Assembly: GCA_964515375.1 (NCBI GenBank)
Contig: CAZERF010000006.1
Location: forward strand, 16,133 to 80,132
Direction: 5' to 3'
Origin: an uncultured Candidatus Saccharibacteria bacterium
GTDB taxonomy: Bacteria; Patescibacteriota; Minisyncoccia; Phycocordibacterales; UBA6899
DNA: 64,000 nt
Shown: positions 30,344 to 39,554 of the stretch, one piece after another
How the letters are laid out: the number at the start of each line of letters is the position of its first letter
Numbering within the stretch: the stretch's first letter is position 1
Position numbers and translations under genes: made by a program
The notes under the pieces: generated by a model
What the model saw: the letters and a program-made list of their open reading frames with translations, nothing else
Told to the model about the DNA's origin: nothing
The model's database searches: none

Positions 30344-30904
30344 TCAGAGCGGATGTTCTTCTGTTATTTTCCTGTAATTCTCGTAGGTCTTGAACGCAAA
30401 AAGGAGCAACGCGGAAAGAATTCCGGACGGGGTGCGGAGCATTGAAAGGACCCTTGCCTCGTCACGAGCAAATGCCTCCCGCTCCCTGTTGGCGTTCCGA
30501 GTAAGCTCTATCGTCGCGTACTCATGCGGTGCGGGAACAAGATACTCCGCAATGCGAATGAGGTCTCCTCCGTCAAACCATGTCCCGCCGCACGATATAC
30601 ATTGATCGAGGATCACTTTCGAGTCCCCCGCATAGATAAAATGTTTTGTGACCTTCCCGTCGACAGGGCACACAACCCCGTCACCATAAGTGAGTTCAGA
30701 AGAAGATATATCGAGGCTCTTGTTTGCACGAAGGAGTGCTTCATAGTCTTTCACTTGTTCGGGGATATTCTCGGCAAATACTCGAGCGATCCGCTTCAAC
30801 TCCTCACCTTCGATCCACAACCCTCCACACGCGGGACACGACTCCACATGTCCCTCACGGAGCGCGATGCTCTTCATTGGGGTTGTATCGTTTGGGCAAT
30901 GCAT
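30344..30904 (-). CDS. Tandem zinc-ribbon (zf-TFIIB-like) protein with a C-terminal transmembrane helix
   Basis: Two CPxCGG…CxxCGGxWFDG modules. Confidence 0.5.
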   Translation of the reverse strand: MHCPNDTTPMKSIALREGHVESCPACGGLWIEGEELKRIARVFAENIPEQVKDYEALLRANKSLDISSSELTYGDGVVCPVDGKVTKHFIYAGDSKVILDQCISCGGTWFDGGDLIRIAEYLVPAPHEYATIELTRNANREREAFARDEARVLSMLRTPSGILSALLLFAFKTYENYRKITEEHPL

Positions 30905-30909
30905 AAGTT

Positions 30910-31092
30910 TTATTTCGTGGAATTATGACGATGCGCACGCTGACGTTCGCCGAGTTTTTTAATGCGACCCTCCGCAATTGCCGCCAAGGAGAGCACGCCG
31001 ATCGCGCTGTGCACCGCCTCCACCTCACGCTCCGAGAGCGGGTAATGTGCCATGATCTCCTTCAACACCACGATGCTTTCTTTGTCATCCAT
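30910..31092 (-). CDS. Small hypothetical protein (60 aa)
   Basis: An ORF only. Start chosen to avoid overlap with the upstream gene. Confidence 0.25.
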   Translation of the reverse strand: MDDKESIVVLKEIMAHYPLSEREVEAVHSAIGVLSLAAIAEGRIKKLGERQRAHRHNSTK

Positions 31093-31105
31093 AGAAAAAG
31101 CGAGC

Positions 31106-32086
31106 TCAATCAAATATCTCCGCGAGATAGCCGTCAATGTCACGCTGATCCATATCATAGAAGTGGAGCCCTTTGTTGTGAAGCTCGGTCGCCAGCTTCA
31201 CACCAACAAAACGCCAGTGCCACGGCTCATAAATATAGTAGGAATTCTTTTCGGGGTATGAAAGAATGAATCCGTACTTGTACGCGTTTGCGTTCAACCA
31301 TCGAAACGCGGGGGTTTCCGCGAATGACTCGTCGAGCTTTCCTCCCATTCCGGAGGTGATAAAGTCGAGCGTCGTCCCGATCTGATGTTCGGAATAACCT
31401 TGATCCGCTGAAAAAGTATTGGCCGTCCCCGCGCCATAGGTCATGACGTGGTCGGACTTGAGCGCCTGCTGTGTCTCAAAAGAGCGATATGCCGAGTGAA
31501 CATAGAAGGTCACACCTTCTGACTTTGCCGCATCGAGCATTTCGAGCAGATAAGGATACGCGCGGGTCAAAAAGGCCTCGGACCTGATATTGCTATAGAG
31601 GTACGATTGCGGAATGGTCGTCAGGTGTTCGGGAGCATAGTTCTCGTTCAAGAAATACACCTTGGAATATTTCTTGAGAAGTTCAGGGTCGGTTGCGGAA
31701 AGTTTTTGGAGTGTGGTCACTGTGCCGGTAATGGAACCGATACTCTCCTCTACGCCACCCACTTTGTTCTCGACCGCACTCAACGTATTTTGTGCAAGCG
31801 CGACATCCTGCTTCGTAGTGGAAAGGTTCTCGGAGATTCCCCGCGTCTCCTGCGCAAGCAAGGCAATGTCTCGAGAAAGGACCTCGCGAGACATCACCAG
31901 TTCCGCCGAAGTTGACGCGAGTGTCGCATGGAGTGTCGTAAGACGCGTCTCGAGTTCGACCATGCGCAGATACGCATAGGTCGACACGCCCGCAAGAAGC
32001 GCGATCGAAAGTGTAAGCACGATCCACACCCACATCAAGTGGTGCGGCTCATGCGTGCGAGGTTGTACGATAAGTGGTTCCGGCAT
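31106..32086 (-). CDS. Membrane-anchored D-Ala-D-Ala carboxypeptidase (peptidase M15B, VanY-like)
   Basis: VHSAYRSFETQ…SEHQIGTTLD…EPWHWRFVG are the M15 catalytic motifs. Start chosen at MPEPLIV. Confidence 0.7.
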   Translation of the reverse strand: MPEPLIVQPRTHEPHHLMWVWIVLTLSIALLAGVSTYAYLRMVELETRLTTLHATLASTSAELVMSREVLSRDIALLAQETRGISENLSTTKQDVALAQNTLSAVENKVGGVEESIGSITGTVTTLQKLSATDPELLKKYSKVYFLNENYAPEHLTTIPQSYLYSNIRSEAFLTRAYPYLLEMLDAAKSEGVTFYVHSAYRSFETQQALKSDHVMTYGAGTANTFSADQGYSEHQIGTTLDFITSGMGGKLDESFAETPAFRWLNANAYKYGFILSYPEKNSYYIYEPWHWRFVGVKLATELHNKGLHFYDMDQRDIDGYLAEIFD

Positions 32087-32129
32087 ATGCTCTTCCTTCC
32101 CGATGAAGGTACCTCTATTATACCTCTGT

Positions 32130-33020
32130 TTAAGGGCGGTGATAATCAAGGAGCGCGCGGATACCCAAAAGATTGCGCCCCCACTCGATATCTTCGTGTG
32201 TTTTGAGCTCGACGGTGATCGCGGGAATACCGATCGACGCAAGCCACCCTTCGGCATCTCCGGTGATCGTATACGCGTCAAATGAATCAACCGCAGGATA
32301 CCCCGCCGCGCTTGCGTACGCGTTCATGATCGCGCGTGTTCCCGAAAGGATGCCCGCTTCACACTCGGATGCATAAACAGCATTGGACTGACTATGCCAG
32401 AAGACGACACTTGCGGGGCGCTCGCGGAGGACGAGATCGCGCAGCGCGGCGCTTTCCGGTTCCGAGAACGCCACAGTGCCCGCAGAGACCGTGCGACTGC
32501 GCCATGTACTTGTGGGTTGCCACTTGCATGCGAAATTGCGATTGAGGTCAACCTGATTCGCATTGAAGCGCCCGAGTGACTCGTCCACCCCTTCCGAAAT
32601 ATCAGCAGAGGTGAAGCGCCCCTCCTTCCCCACAACCTTATATACGCCATCGGGATTGAGCGAGGGAACGACAGTCACCGAGACCCCTAAGGGAAGTAGA
32701 GTCTTGTAGTTCGCATCGAGATGATCAATGAACGCATATGCGAGCAAGACACTATTCCACTCGTACCCACCATGGACCCCTCCAACGAACAAGAGTCTCG
32801 TTGTCCCTGTTCCATAGGTATAGGACTCGATCACACGACCCTCAACCGACCGTCCGATCACATCGCGGAGCGGAAAGGAGATCGCTGTTTCGGGAACTGG
32901 GGGTAACGGAGTCGGTTCCGGAATGTGCGCGCGCGGACGGAGCAGAAAATACGTTCCTCCCGCAAAAACGAGAAAAAGGAAAAGGAGCGCGACCGGCGCA
33001 AATGAACGCCACGACATCAT
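32130..33020 (-). CDS. Peptidase M14-like zinc carboxypeptidase (gamma-D-Glu-DAP peptidase-like), paralog 1
   Basis: LLFVGGVHGGYEWNSVLLAYAF…NPDG. Signal or transmembrane segment. Tandem paralog of 33017-33952. Confidence 0.55.
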   Translation of the reverse strand: MMSWRSFAPVALLFLFLVFAGGTYFLLRPRAHIPEPTPLPPVPETAISFPLRDVIGRSVEGRVIESYTYGTGTTRLLFVGGVHGGYEWNSVLLAYAFIDHLDANYKTLLPLGVSVTVVPSLNPDGVYKVVGKEGRFTSADISEGVDESLGRFNANQVDLNRNFACKWQPTSTWRSRTVSAGTVAFSEPESAALRDLVLRERPASVVFWHSQSNAVYASECEAGILSGTRAIMNAYASAAGYPAVDSFDAYTITGDAEGWLASIGIPAITVELKTHEDIEWGRNLLGIRALLDYHRP

Positions 33021-33952
33021 CGAGCGAGGTGCGCGATCGCCGCCATGACTCCCGCGCGATTCTTCTCCCACTCGGTATTGTCATGAGTGGTAAGGAGAAC
33101 GCTGATCGCAGGAACACCGATCGAGGCGAGCCAGTTGGTCATGTCGCCGGTGATCTCGTAGTGGTCATAAGTCTCAAAGGACGGATATTTGGACGCCTGC
33201 GCGTATGCCGCCAAAAGTGAGCGTGTCGCGGTAGACGCGGCTCCGTCACAGTATGACGCATAAACACCACCTCCGGCACTGAAGAGCGCGATCACTCCGG
33301 AGAGCGAGCGACCCTCGACGTATTCCTTGATCGCCCCACTTTCCGGTTCGGAAAAAGCGGCACTACCCCCACTTACGCGTTTTGACTGCCACATTCCTGT
33401 AGGCTTCCAATCACAAGCAAAATTACGATTGAGATCGACCTGGTTTGCGTTAAAACGTCCCGAGGCTTGCACTTCCTTTGAAGCAGATACATCCGCGGAT
33501 GTGAAGCGATCCTTGTTCCCGACAACTTTCGCAAGTCCGTCTGGATTCGCGACCGGAATGACCGTCACCTTCATGTTCGCGGGAATCACGTTCGGTTGCG
33601 CTTTCAAATGATCAATAAACTGGTACGCAAGGAGCACCGTCCCCCACTCATACCCTCCGTGCAATCCTCCGACAATCAAGAGTTCGCGTTCCCCTGTTCC
33701 AAAATGATACGCAACAAGCTCGCGCCCCTCGATCGAGGTGCCGAGCACAGTGCGGTCCTTGTTCTCGACCTTTGCGGGCGTGGACGTGGGATTCGCTGAC
33801 GAAGCGGGAGATGTTGGTGTTGATGTCGCTTGTGGAATCGGGTCTTCCGCGACATACACAGGATCAGGAGACTGACGAGTAAAGAAATAGACGCCGGCGC
33901 CGAGCAATATTGCGAGCACGACAACGCCGATGATGATTGCGGTGTTTTTCAT
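33017..33952 (-). CDS. Peptidase M14-like zinc carboxypeptidase, paralog 2
   Basis: LLIVGGLHGGYEWGTVLLAYQF…NPDG. Confidence 0.55.
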   Translation of the reverse strand: MKNTAIIIGVVVLAILLGAGVYFFTRQSPDPVYVAEDPIPQATSTPTSPASSANPTSTPAKVENKDRTVLGTSIEGRELVAYHFGTGERELLIVGGLHGGYEWGTVLLAYQFIDHLKAQPNVIPANMKVTVIPVANPDGLAKVVGNKDRFTSADVSASKEVQASGRFNANQVDLNRNFACDWKPTGMWQSKRVSGGSAAFSEPESGAIKEYVEGRSLSGVIALFSAGGGVYASYCDGAASTATRSLLAAYAQASKYPSFETYDHYEITGDMTNWLASIGVPAISVLLTTHDNTEWEKNRAGVMAAIAHLAR

Positions 33953-34121
33953 AGTTGGTCTATTATACCATGCAATAAAAAAACCTTGAGGAATGGGGAA
34001 AAATATGTTGCAAAATATGGTTCAAATGACACAAGCTCCACAAACATGCCCCACCGGAAATATGCAGTAGCACAAAAAAACCGCGAAATCATATCGCGGT
34101 TCTCGAATACACAAGACACGT

Positions 34122-34604
34122 TCAGTACTCTACTTTATCTATTTTTTCCATCCAAAGCCGAAAAGCTTTTCCCGCACCAGGAAGATCGATCCGATGAAAC
34201 GGGATCTTCCGCGAGCCGGAAGGCAAAGCGAGTTCTTTGTAAATGAAAGAGTCGTCAAAGCCGATCGCCGCCGCCTCGGGATGAGGGAGGGCGTAATAAA
34301 CACCCGAAAGACGCGCCCAGTAGCACGCCGCGAAGCACATCGGGCAAGGTTCGGCATTCGTATAAAGCACGCAATCATCAAGCTGAAAGTAATTGAGATG
34401 CGCGCACGCATCACGAATGGCGACGATCTCGCCATGCGCGGTCGGGTCATTTGAGGTCGTCACATGATTGCTCCCTCGTCCGACGATCACACCATCCTTC
34501 ACCACAACAGCACCGAACGGCCCTCCACCCGAGGCAACGGACTCCTCCGCCAAACGCACCGCTTCGGAGATAAAATATTCATGGGATGTCATAGGATTGC
34601 TCAT
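34122..34604 (-). CDS. CMP/dCMP-type zinc deaminase (guanine deaminase / tRNA adenosine deaminase-like)
   Basis: HGEIVAIRDA … PCPMCFAAC are the zinc-binding HxE and PCxxC motifs. Terminator at 34077-34105. Confidence 0.75.
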   Translation of the reverse strand: MSNPMTSHEYFISEAVRLAEESVASGGGPFGAVVVKDGVIVGRGSNHVTTSNDPTAHGEIVAIRDACAHLNYFQLDDCVLYTNAEPCPMCFAACYWARLSGVYYALPHPEAAAIGFDDSFIYKELALPSGSRKIPFHRIDLPGAGKAFRLWMEKIDKVEY

Positions 34605-34683
34605 AACATTACTCCTCACTCTCTTCAAAAAAGAAAAACCGGAATAAAACTACCATCTACCGAGAGTTTGCACAACACGAAAC

Positions 34684-35919
34684 TCAAAGAGAAGACGAAT
34701 CCTTCCTCTCTTTCATGACTATCTCGTAGAGGTCGATGAAACGGCGCATATCCTTCACCAGCACGGCGTTCGGATTGACGCGCAACACCATTCCGTCGAG
34801 ATACATGAGACTTCTGATGATCGGAAAGATCCCCTTCTCGAACTTCATTCCCGAATTGACTCCGAGTTTGATCGTCTGCATCATCTGTTTGGTCAGCGAC
34901 ACTTCACTTACCGTACTGTCGGTGTAGTCGGCATATAGCGTGATGAACTCCTTTGTGAATCGCTCAAATACCTCTCCTTCGATCCGCGTCTCGGCCATCT
35001 CGTTCAGGCGCTCCGCGCACGCGGGATAATCATAACGAGAAAGCGCTTCAAAGAATCGGAAGAGTCCTGTGCGGATCCGCAGACCCACCTCCCCCACAAA
35101 CGCCGTGTCGACAAAGTAAAAACGCTTCCCGTCGTAGAGGACATTCCCCGGATGGAGATCACCATGAAACTTTCCCGCAATGAACATATAGAAACCCTGG
35201 ATGGAAAAAAGTTTGAGGAGATCGTCGTACGTGAACTCATTGCGCGCGATCAGCTCGTCGACGCTCGGTGCGGCAATGAATTGGGAGACCATCACGCGCG
35301 CGTTGGTCATTGCGGGATAATGCGCGACGAACCCAAGATTGGAAAGGTCAAAGGTCTCCCCGTACGAGCGGGCGATCGCTTCAAGGAGCGCGGCTCCCGA
35401 CGCTTCGTTCCGCAAGTCGAGCTCGGCAAGTGTGTAGGTCTCAATATCGGAAAGGATACCGAGCGGGTCGCCCACGCGACGCAAGCGCGGAAAAAGCGCA
35501 AGGACGATCCCGAAGAAACGACGGAGCGATGCGACATCATGAGTGAAACGTTCCGCAAATCGCGACTTGATAAACTTCACGACGACTTCCTCTCCCGAGT
35601 TGAGTGTCGCACGATACACCTCCCCCACCGACGCGGTCGCGATAGGCACTTCGTCAAAGCGTGAGAACGAACGAAGGAACTCTTCCCCGCCCTGCTCCTC
35701 GATAAGCGCGCGAATATCCTCTCGCGCGACAGGGATATTGCTCCGATACAGTGTCGCCAAATGGTGACATTTCTCGGGGGGAAGAAAATCAAGTCGGAGC
35801 GCGTGGATCTGTCCGATCTTTACCGCCAACAACCCGAGCGACTGGATCTTGACCAGATCGGGAAGTCCCTTTTTGAAGTAGAGCTCGCGAATGAGCCAGA
35901 GTGACTGAAACGTGTTCAT
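34684..35919 (-). CDS. ABC1/UbiB-family atypical protein kinase
   Basis: IATASVGEVYRA (VAIK-like) … HGDLHPGN. Confidence 0.8.
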   Translation of the reverse strand: MNTFQSLWLIRELYFKKGLPDLVKIQSLGLLAVKIGQIHALRLDFLPPEKCHHLATLYRSNIPVAREDIRALIEEQGGEEFLRSFSRFDEVPIATASVGEVYRATLNSGEEVVVKFIKSRFAERFTHDVASLRRFFGIVLALFPRLRRVGDPLGILSDIETYTLAELDLRNEASGAALLEAIARSYGETFDLSNLGFVAHYPAMTNARVMVSQFIAAPSVDELIARNEFTYDDLLKLFSIQGFYMFIAGKFHGDLHPGNVLYDGKRFYFVDTAFVGEVGLRIRTGLFRFFEALSRYDYPACAERLNEMAETRIEGEVFERFTKEFITLYADYTDSTVSEVSLTKQMMQTIKLGVNSGMKFEKGIFPIIRSLMYLDGMVLRVNPNAVLVKDMRRFIDLYEIVMKERKDSSSL

Positions 35920-37397
35920 GCGTGGTCGGAAGTGATGAGGTCCGCCGCGATGCGTCCCGACTCGAGGATCGTCGGAAGTCCACTCCCGGGATGCGTTCCG
36001 CCGCCGACGATGTAGAGGTGGTCGATATCATCGAACTTGTTGTGCGGGCGCAAATAGAGCATTTGACTCACCGTATGCGCGAGGTTGAATACCGCGCCGC
36101 GGTACACACGCAATTCATTCTGCCAATCATCCGGAGTAATGATACGTTCCACCTCAATATGCTCGCGGATATCTTTCATCTCCGTGCGCTCTTCGATCTT
36201 TTTGAGAACAAGGTCGCGATAGCGTTCCTTCTCAACGCTCCAATCAATGTTCGCTTCCTTGTTGGGCACGGGGACGAGCACATAGATCGTACTCTTCCCT
36301 TCCGGAGCAAGCGAAGGGTCCGTCGCGCAGGCGTTTTGTACATAAAATGCGGGATCCTGCGGCAAGACCTTTTCATCCGAGATCTCCGCCAAGTTCTTGC
36401 GATAATCGGACCCAAAGAAGATATTGTGATGCGGCATGTCATACTTCTTATCCACTCCAAGATAGAGCATGAAGGTCGAACATGAGTATCCTTTCTTCTC
36501 TAACTTCTTGTCGGTATACGAAGGTCGATCGACTTCCGGAACAAGTCGACGCATTCCGTCGGCAAAATCCGCATTCATGATCACCTCGTCGGCCATCACC
36601 TCCTCCCCGCTCGCAAGGATCACACCGATCGCCTTCTTGTCTTTCACGATGATCTTTTGCACTTCGGTCGAAAGCGAGATCTGCCCGCCTTCTTCTGTGA
36701 GCACTCGCGCCATTGCGACAGAGAGTTGATGTACTCCACCGCGATAATGCGCAACACCGAACGCATGTTCCATGAACGGCAAGATCGTGAATGTGCCGGG
36801 ACAATACCACGGAGACATGCCGAGATACTTCGCCTGAAACGCCATCGCCATCTTGAGATCCTCGCTCACGAAGTAGTCACCGAGTACGGACATCACCGAA
36901 CGGTGCGCCTGCAGATACGGCAACGCTCTCAAGATCTTTTTGTTGAAATAGCTCCACCATGTTTGATACGGTATGCGCAAACAATCGATCACCCGCTTGT
37001 GCTTCTTCTCGTGGAACGCGTACCACCGCTTGTACCCCTCCCACTCACCGGGAAAGACCCGCTCAAATTCTTTCTTGAGGGCGTCCTTGTCGTGATGCAC
37101 AAAAAAGTCTCGACCATCCGAATAGCGCAGACGATACATCGTTCTCAACTCCATGATGTCGAGCTCCTTGTGATAGTCTCTACCCGCTTGAGCAAAGACA
37201 TCGGCAAACACCTCCGGGAGCATCACGAACGTCGGACCGACATCAAACGTATATCCCTCCGCGCGGATCGGCGCATTGCGTCCGCCCACTTCGTTTTGGC
37301 GCTCAAAGACATGCACGTCGTATCCGCGATGCGCGAGGATCATGCCGGTGGACAATCCTCCGGGACCGGCGCCGACAATAATGACTTTTTTCTTCAT
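35916..37397 (-). CDS. Phytoene desaturase-family FAD-dependent oxidoreductase (CrtI-like)
   Basis: KKVIIVGAGPGGLSTG dinucleotide-binding motif, and ~490 aa. Confidence 0.7.
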   Translation of the reverse strand: MKKKVIIVGAGPGGLSTGMILAHRGYDVHVFERQNEVGGRNAPIRAEGYTFDVGPTFVMLPEVFADVFAQAGRDYHKELDIMELRTMYRLRYSDGRDFFVHHDKDALKKEFERVFPGEWEGYKRWYAFHEKKHKRVIDCLRIPYQTWWSYFNKKILRALPYLQAHRSVMSVLGDYFVSEDLKMAMAFQAKYLGMSPWYCPGTFTILPFMEHAFGVAHYRGGVHQLSVAMARVLTEEGGQISLSTEVQKIIVKDKKAIGVILASGEEVMADEVIMNADFADGMRRLVPEVDRPSYTDKKLEKKGYSCSTFMLYLGVDKKYDMPHHNIFFGSDYRKNLAEISDEKVLPQDPAFYVQNACATDPSLAPEGKSTIYVLVPVPNKEANIDWSVEKERYRDLVLKKIEERTEMKDIREHIEVERIITPDDWQNELRVYRGAVFNLAHTVSQMLYLRPHNKFDDIDHLYIVGGGTHPGSGLPTILESGRIAADLITSDHA

Positions 37398-37487
37398 GAA
37401 CGTAACGTTAGGTGAATAGGCGGAGCGCCAGAGGGCACCCCTCATGTGCTCAATTATAACACTTTTTAGGATCGAGAACGACAGAAA

Positions 37488-38144
37488 CTATGTGGACCCT
37501 TCCTCGCGCCGATAGATCACGTACGAATAGACAAGGGTAACGAGCGAGACAAGGAGAATGGGGACAATAAGCACACAGATGGCATATGCGGGAGACACAA
37601 CCATGCCGAGAAGTGAAACGACTCCGGCGACCTTGAAAAGTTTTCCACCCAGCCGATGCGTCTTCTCCCAGACAATATCGCTCGAGAGTGTCCACGGAGT
37701 GCGAATGCCCATGAACCAATTGCGCCTGGAACGCTCCATGACTGCCCCGATGACAAAGAAGAGCGCCGCCATAGCGGGAATGATCGCAACCGTGAAATTG
37801 AAGCGGTAGCCGAGATTCCAAACGATCGTCAAAGAAAAGATGTATCCAAAGAAGACGAACATGAAGACCCAAAAGGCGTTGTACGCCGAGGCAAAGAGCG
37901 CAATGTTCTTTTTGAGCGGATCAATGCGCGGGATCACGAGATAAAGGAGATACATCCCAAGCATGAGAAACGGAACAAAAAAGACGCCCCAGAATTTCCC
38001 CATGGTCCCATCAACCTCCCCCGCCGCATTCCAATGCGACGCGACCCTCTCGGGAAACGACGGATACACCCACGCGCCCGCAATGAACATGGCGACCGTG
38101 ATCGCAATGATGGTGAAGTGTGCCGCGCGAGGAGACATAGACAT
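37488..38144 (-). CDS. SdpI/YhfL-family membrane protein (DUF1648 + SdpI)
   Basis: HWNAAGEVDG…IDP… and the multi-transmembrane topology. Confidence 0.5.
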   Translation of the reverse strand: MSMSPRAAHFTIIAITVAMFIAGAWVYPSFPERVASHWNAAGEVDGTMGKFWGVFFVPFLMLGMYLLYLVIPRIDPLKKNIALFASAYNAFWVFMFVFFGYIFSLTIVWNLGYRFNFTVAIIPAMAALFFVIGAVMERSRRNWFMGIRTPWTLSSDIVWEKTHRLGGKLFKVAGVVSLLGMVVSPAYAICVLIVPILLVSLVTLVYSYVIYRREEGST

Positions 38145-38228
38145 ATTTTATCACATCACTTTTGTTGTGGCATAAAAAAAAAGACCCCCCCTGAGCGGTG
38201 GGGTCTTTCCTGTGCACGGTGACTCTCA

Positions 38229-38378
38229 ATCCGTGCGCGTGTATTGCGAGAGGCCGAGAATATTGCCTTCGGAATCCTTGAACCATGCGAGGTATCCCAT
38301 TGCGCCATTCTCGCCAAGCGGCATCTTGCCGCGAACGACATTAACTCCGCGATCACCACAAACGCACGTTCCCGTACC
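38229..38378 (-). pseudogene. C-terminal fragment (~45 codons) of a glyoxalase/VOC-family gene with an intact terminator at 38181-38215
   Basis: Minus-strand translation …VNVVRGKMPLGENGAMGYLAWFKDSEGNILGLSQYTRTD* resembles the VOC C-terminus (F.DPDGN.IEL). An in-frame stop lies 50 codons upstream, and no N-terminal half is present. Confidence 0.35.
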
Positions 38379-38454
38379 CTACGGTTATACTATGGGAAAT
38401 TTCGCAACGTGTGATAGTCTACAATGAGACAATACCTTGACGATGGAGGGATAG

Positions 38455-38844
38455 ATGAAACCCCTGAAACGAGCAACGAGGTACATGAGTGTTAATCTCC
38501 TCATACTCCCACTCAATATTGGCATTGCGTGGATGCTAACAAAAGCGGGATTACACTATCTCTTTGCCACCGCGACAGGAGTAGGACTCCAACTTGTACT
38601 CACCTTCTTTATCAACCGACGCTGGACCTTTGATCGATCTGAGATTAAAGCAAAGAGCGGGCTACTCCGTACAACAATGGTCGAATTGGTCTCAATGACG
38701 AACATCCTTTTCATTACCGCGATCGGAGTAGAGTTGTTCAAACTTGAGTTCACGCTTGCGCGCATAAGCGCAATGACCATCGCCGGCATCCTCGGCTATG
38801 TACTCGATTCATTCTTTACATTTCGCACATCACCCTTTCGATAG
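38455..38844 (+). CDS. GtrA-family membrane protein
   Basis: Four transmembrane helices and the FINRRWTF motif. Confidence 0.7.
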   Translation: MKPLKRATRYMSVNLLILPLNIGIAWMLTKAGLHYLFATATGVGLQLVLTFFINRRWTFDRSEIKAKSGLLRTTMVELVSMTNILFITAIGVELFKLEFTLARISAMTIAGILGYVLDSFFTFRTSPFR

Positions 38845-38880
38845 CCCACATGGAAACATGTGGGTTTTTGTTATCCGTCA

Positions 38881-39543
38881 TTACTCTTTATTTTCTATCA
38901 AGCCGTCTTTCAGCCAGATCACACGATCCATGTACTTTCTATCTTCCGGCTCATGGGTGATCATGATGATGGTCTGATCGAGTTCTTTGTTCAACTTTTG
39001 AAAAAGGCGGTACACCACCTCCGAAGAGACCGTATCGAGGTTTGCGGTTGCTTCGTCGGCAAAGAGTATCTTCGGACTATTGATGAGGGCTCTCGCAATC
39101 GCAACGCGCTGCTGTTCACCGCCCGACATCTCTCCGGGGTAATGATGGAGTCTCTCTTCCAGTCCCACAAGTTTCAGAAGTTCTGCGGCGTGCTCTTTGT
39201 TGTCGGTTGATCCAAGTGCCATTCCAGGGAAATAGACATTCTCGAGTGCGGTAAATTCAGCGATAAGCGCATATTCCTGAAACACATATCCCAAATGCTT
39301 GAGACGAAACGAAGTACGCTCAGCATCAGAAAGCGCGAGAATATCAATACCATCAATAGAGACTGTGCCGGACGTTGGAATGTCCAAAAGCCCCAACTGG
39401 TGGAGCAATGTTGATTTGCCGGAACCACTTCTTCCCATAAGCGCAACAAACTCGCCCTTTTTGATCTCAAAGGAAACACCCTTCAGTGCGCGAGTAGGAA
39501 CCTCTCCGGGATACGTCTTTGTCAGATTATCTACTTTGATCAT
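38881..39543 (-). CDS. ABC transporter ATP-binding protein (MacB/LolD-like)
   Basis: GRSGSGKST, LSGGEQQR, ILFADE. Confidence 0.85.
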   Translation of the reverse strand: MIKVDNLTKTYPGEVPTRALKGVSFEIKKGEFVALMGRSGSGKSTLLHQLGLLDIPTSGTVSIDGIDILALSDAERTSFRLKHLGYVFQEYALIAEFTALENVYFPGMALGSTDNKEHAAELLKLVGLEERLHHYPGEMSGGEQQRVAIARALINSPKILFADEATANLDTVSSEVVYRLFQKLNKELDQTIIMITHEPEDRKYMDRVIWLKDGLIENKE

Positions 39544-39554
39544 GATGAATGTGT

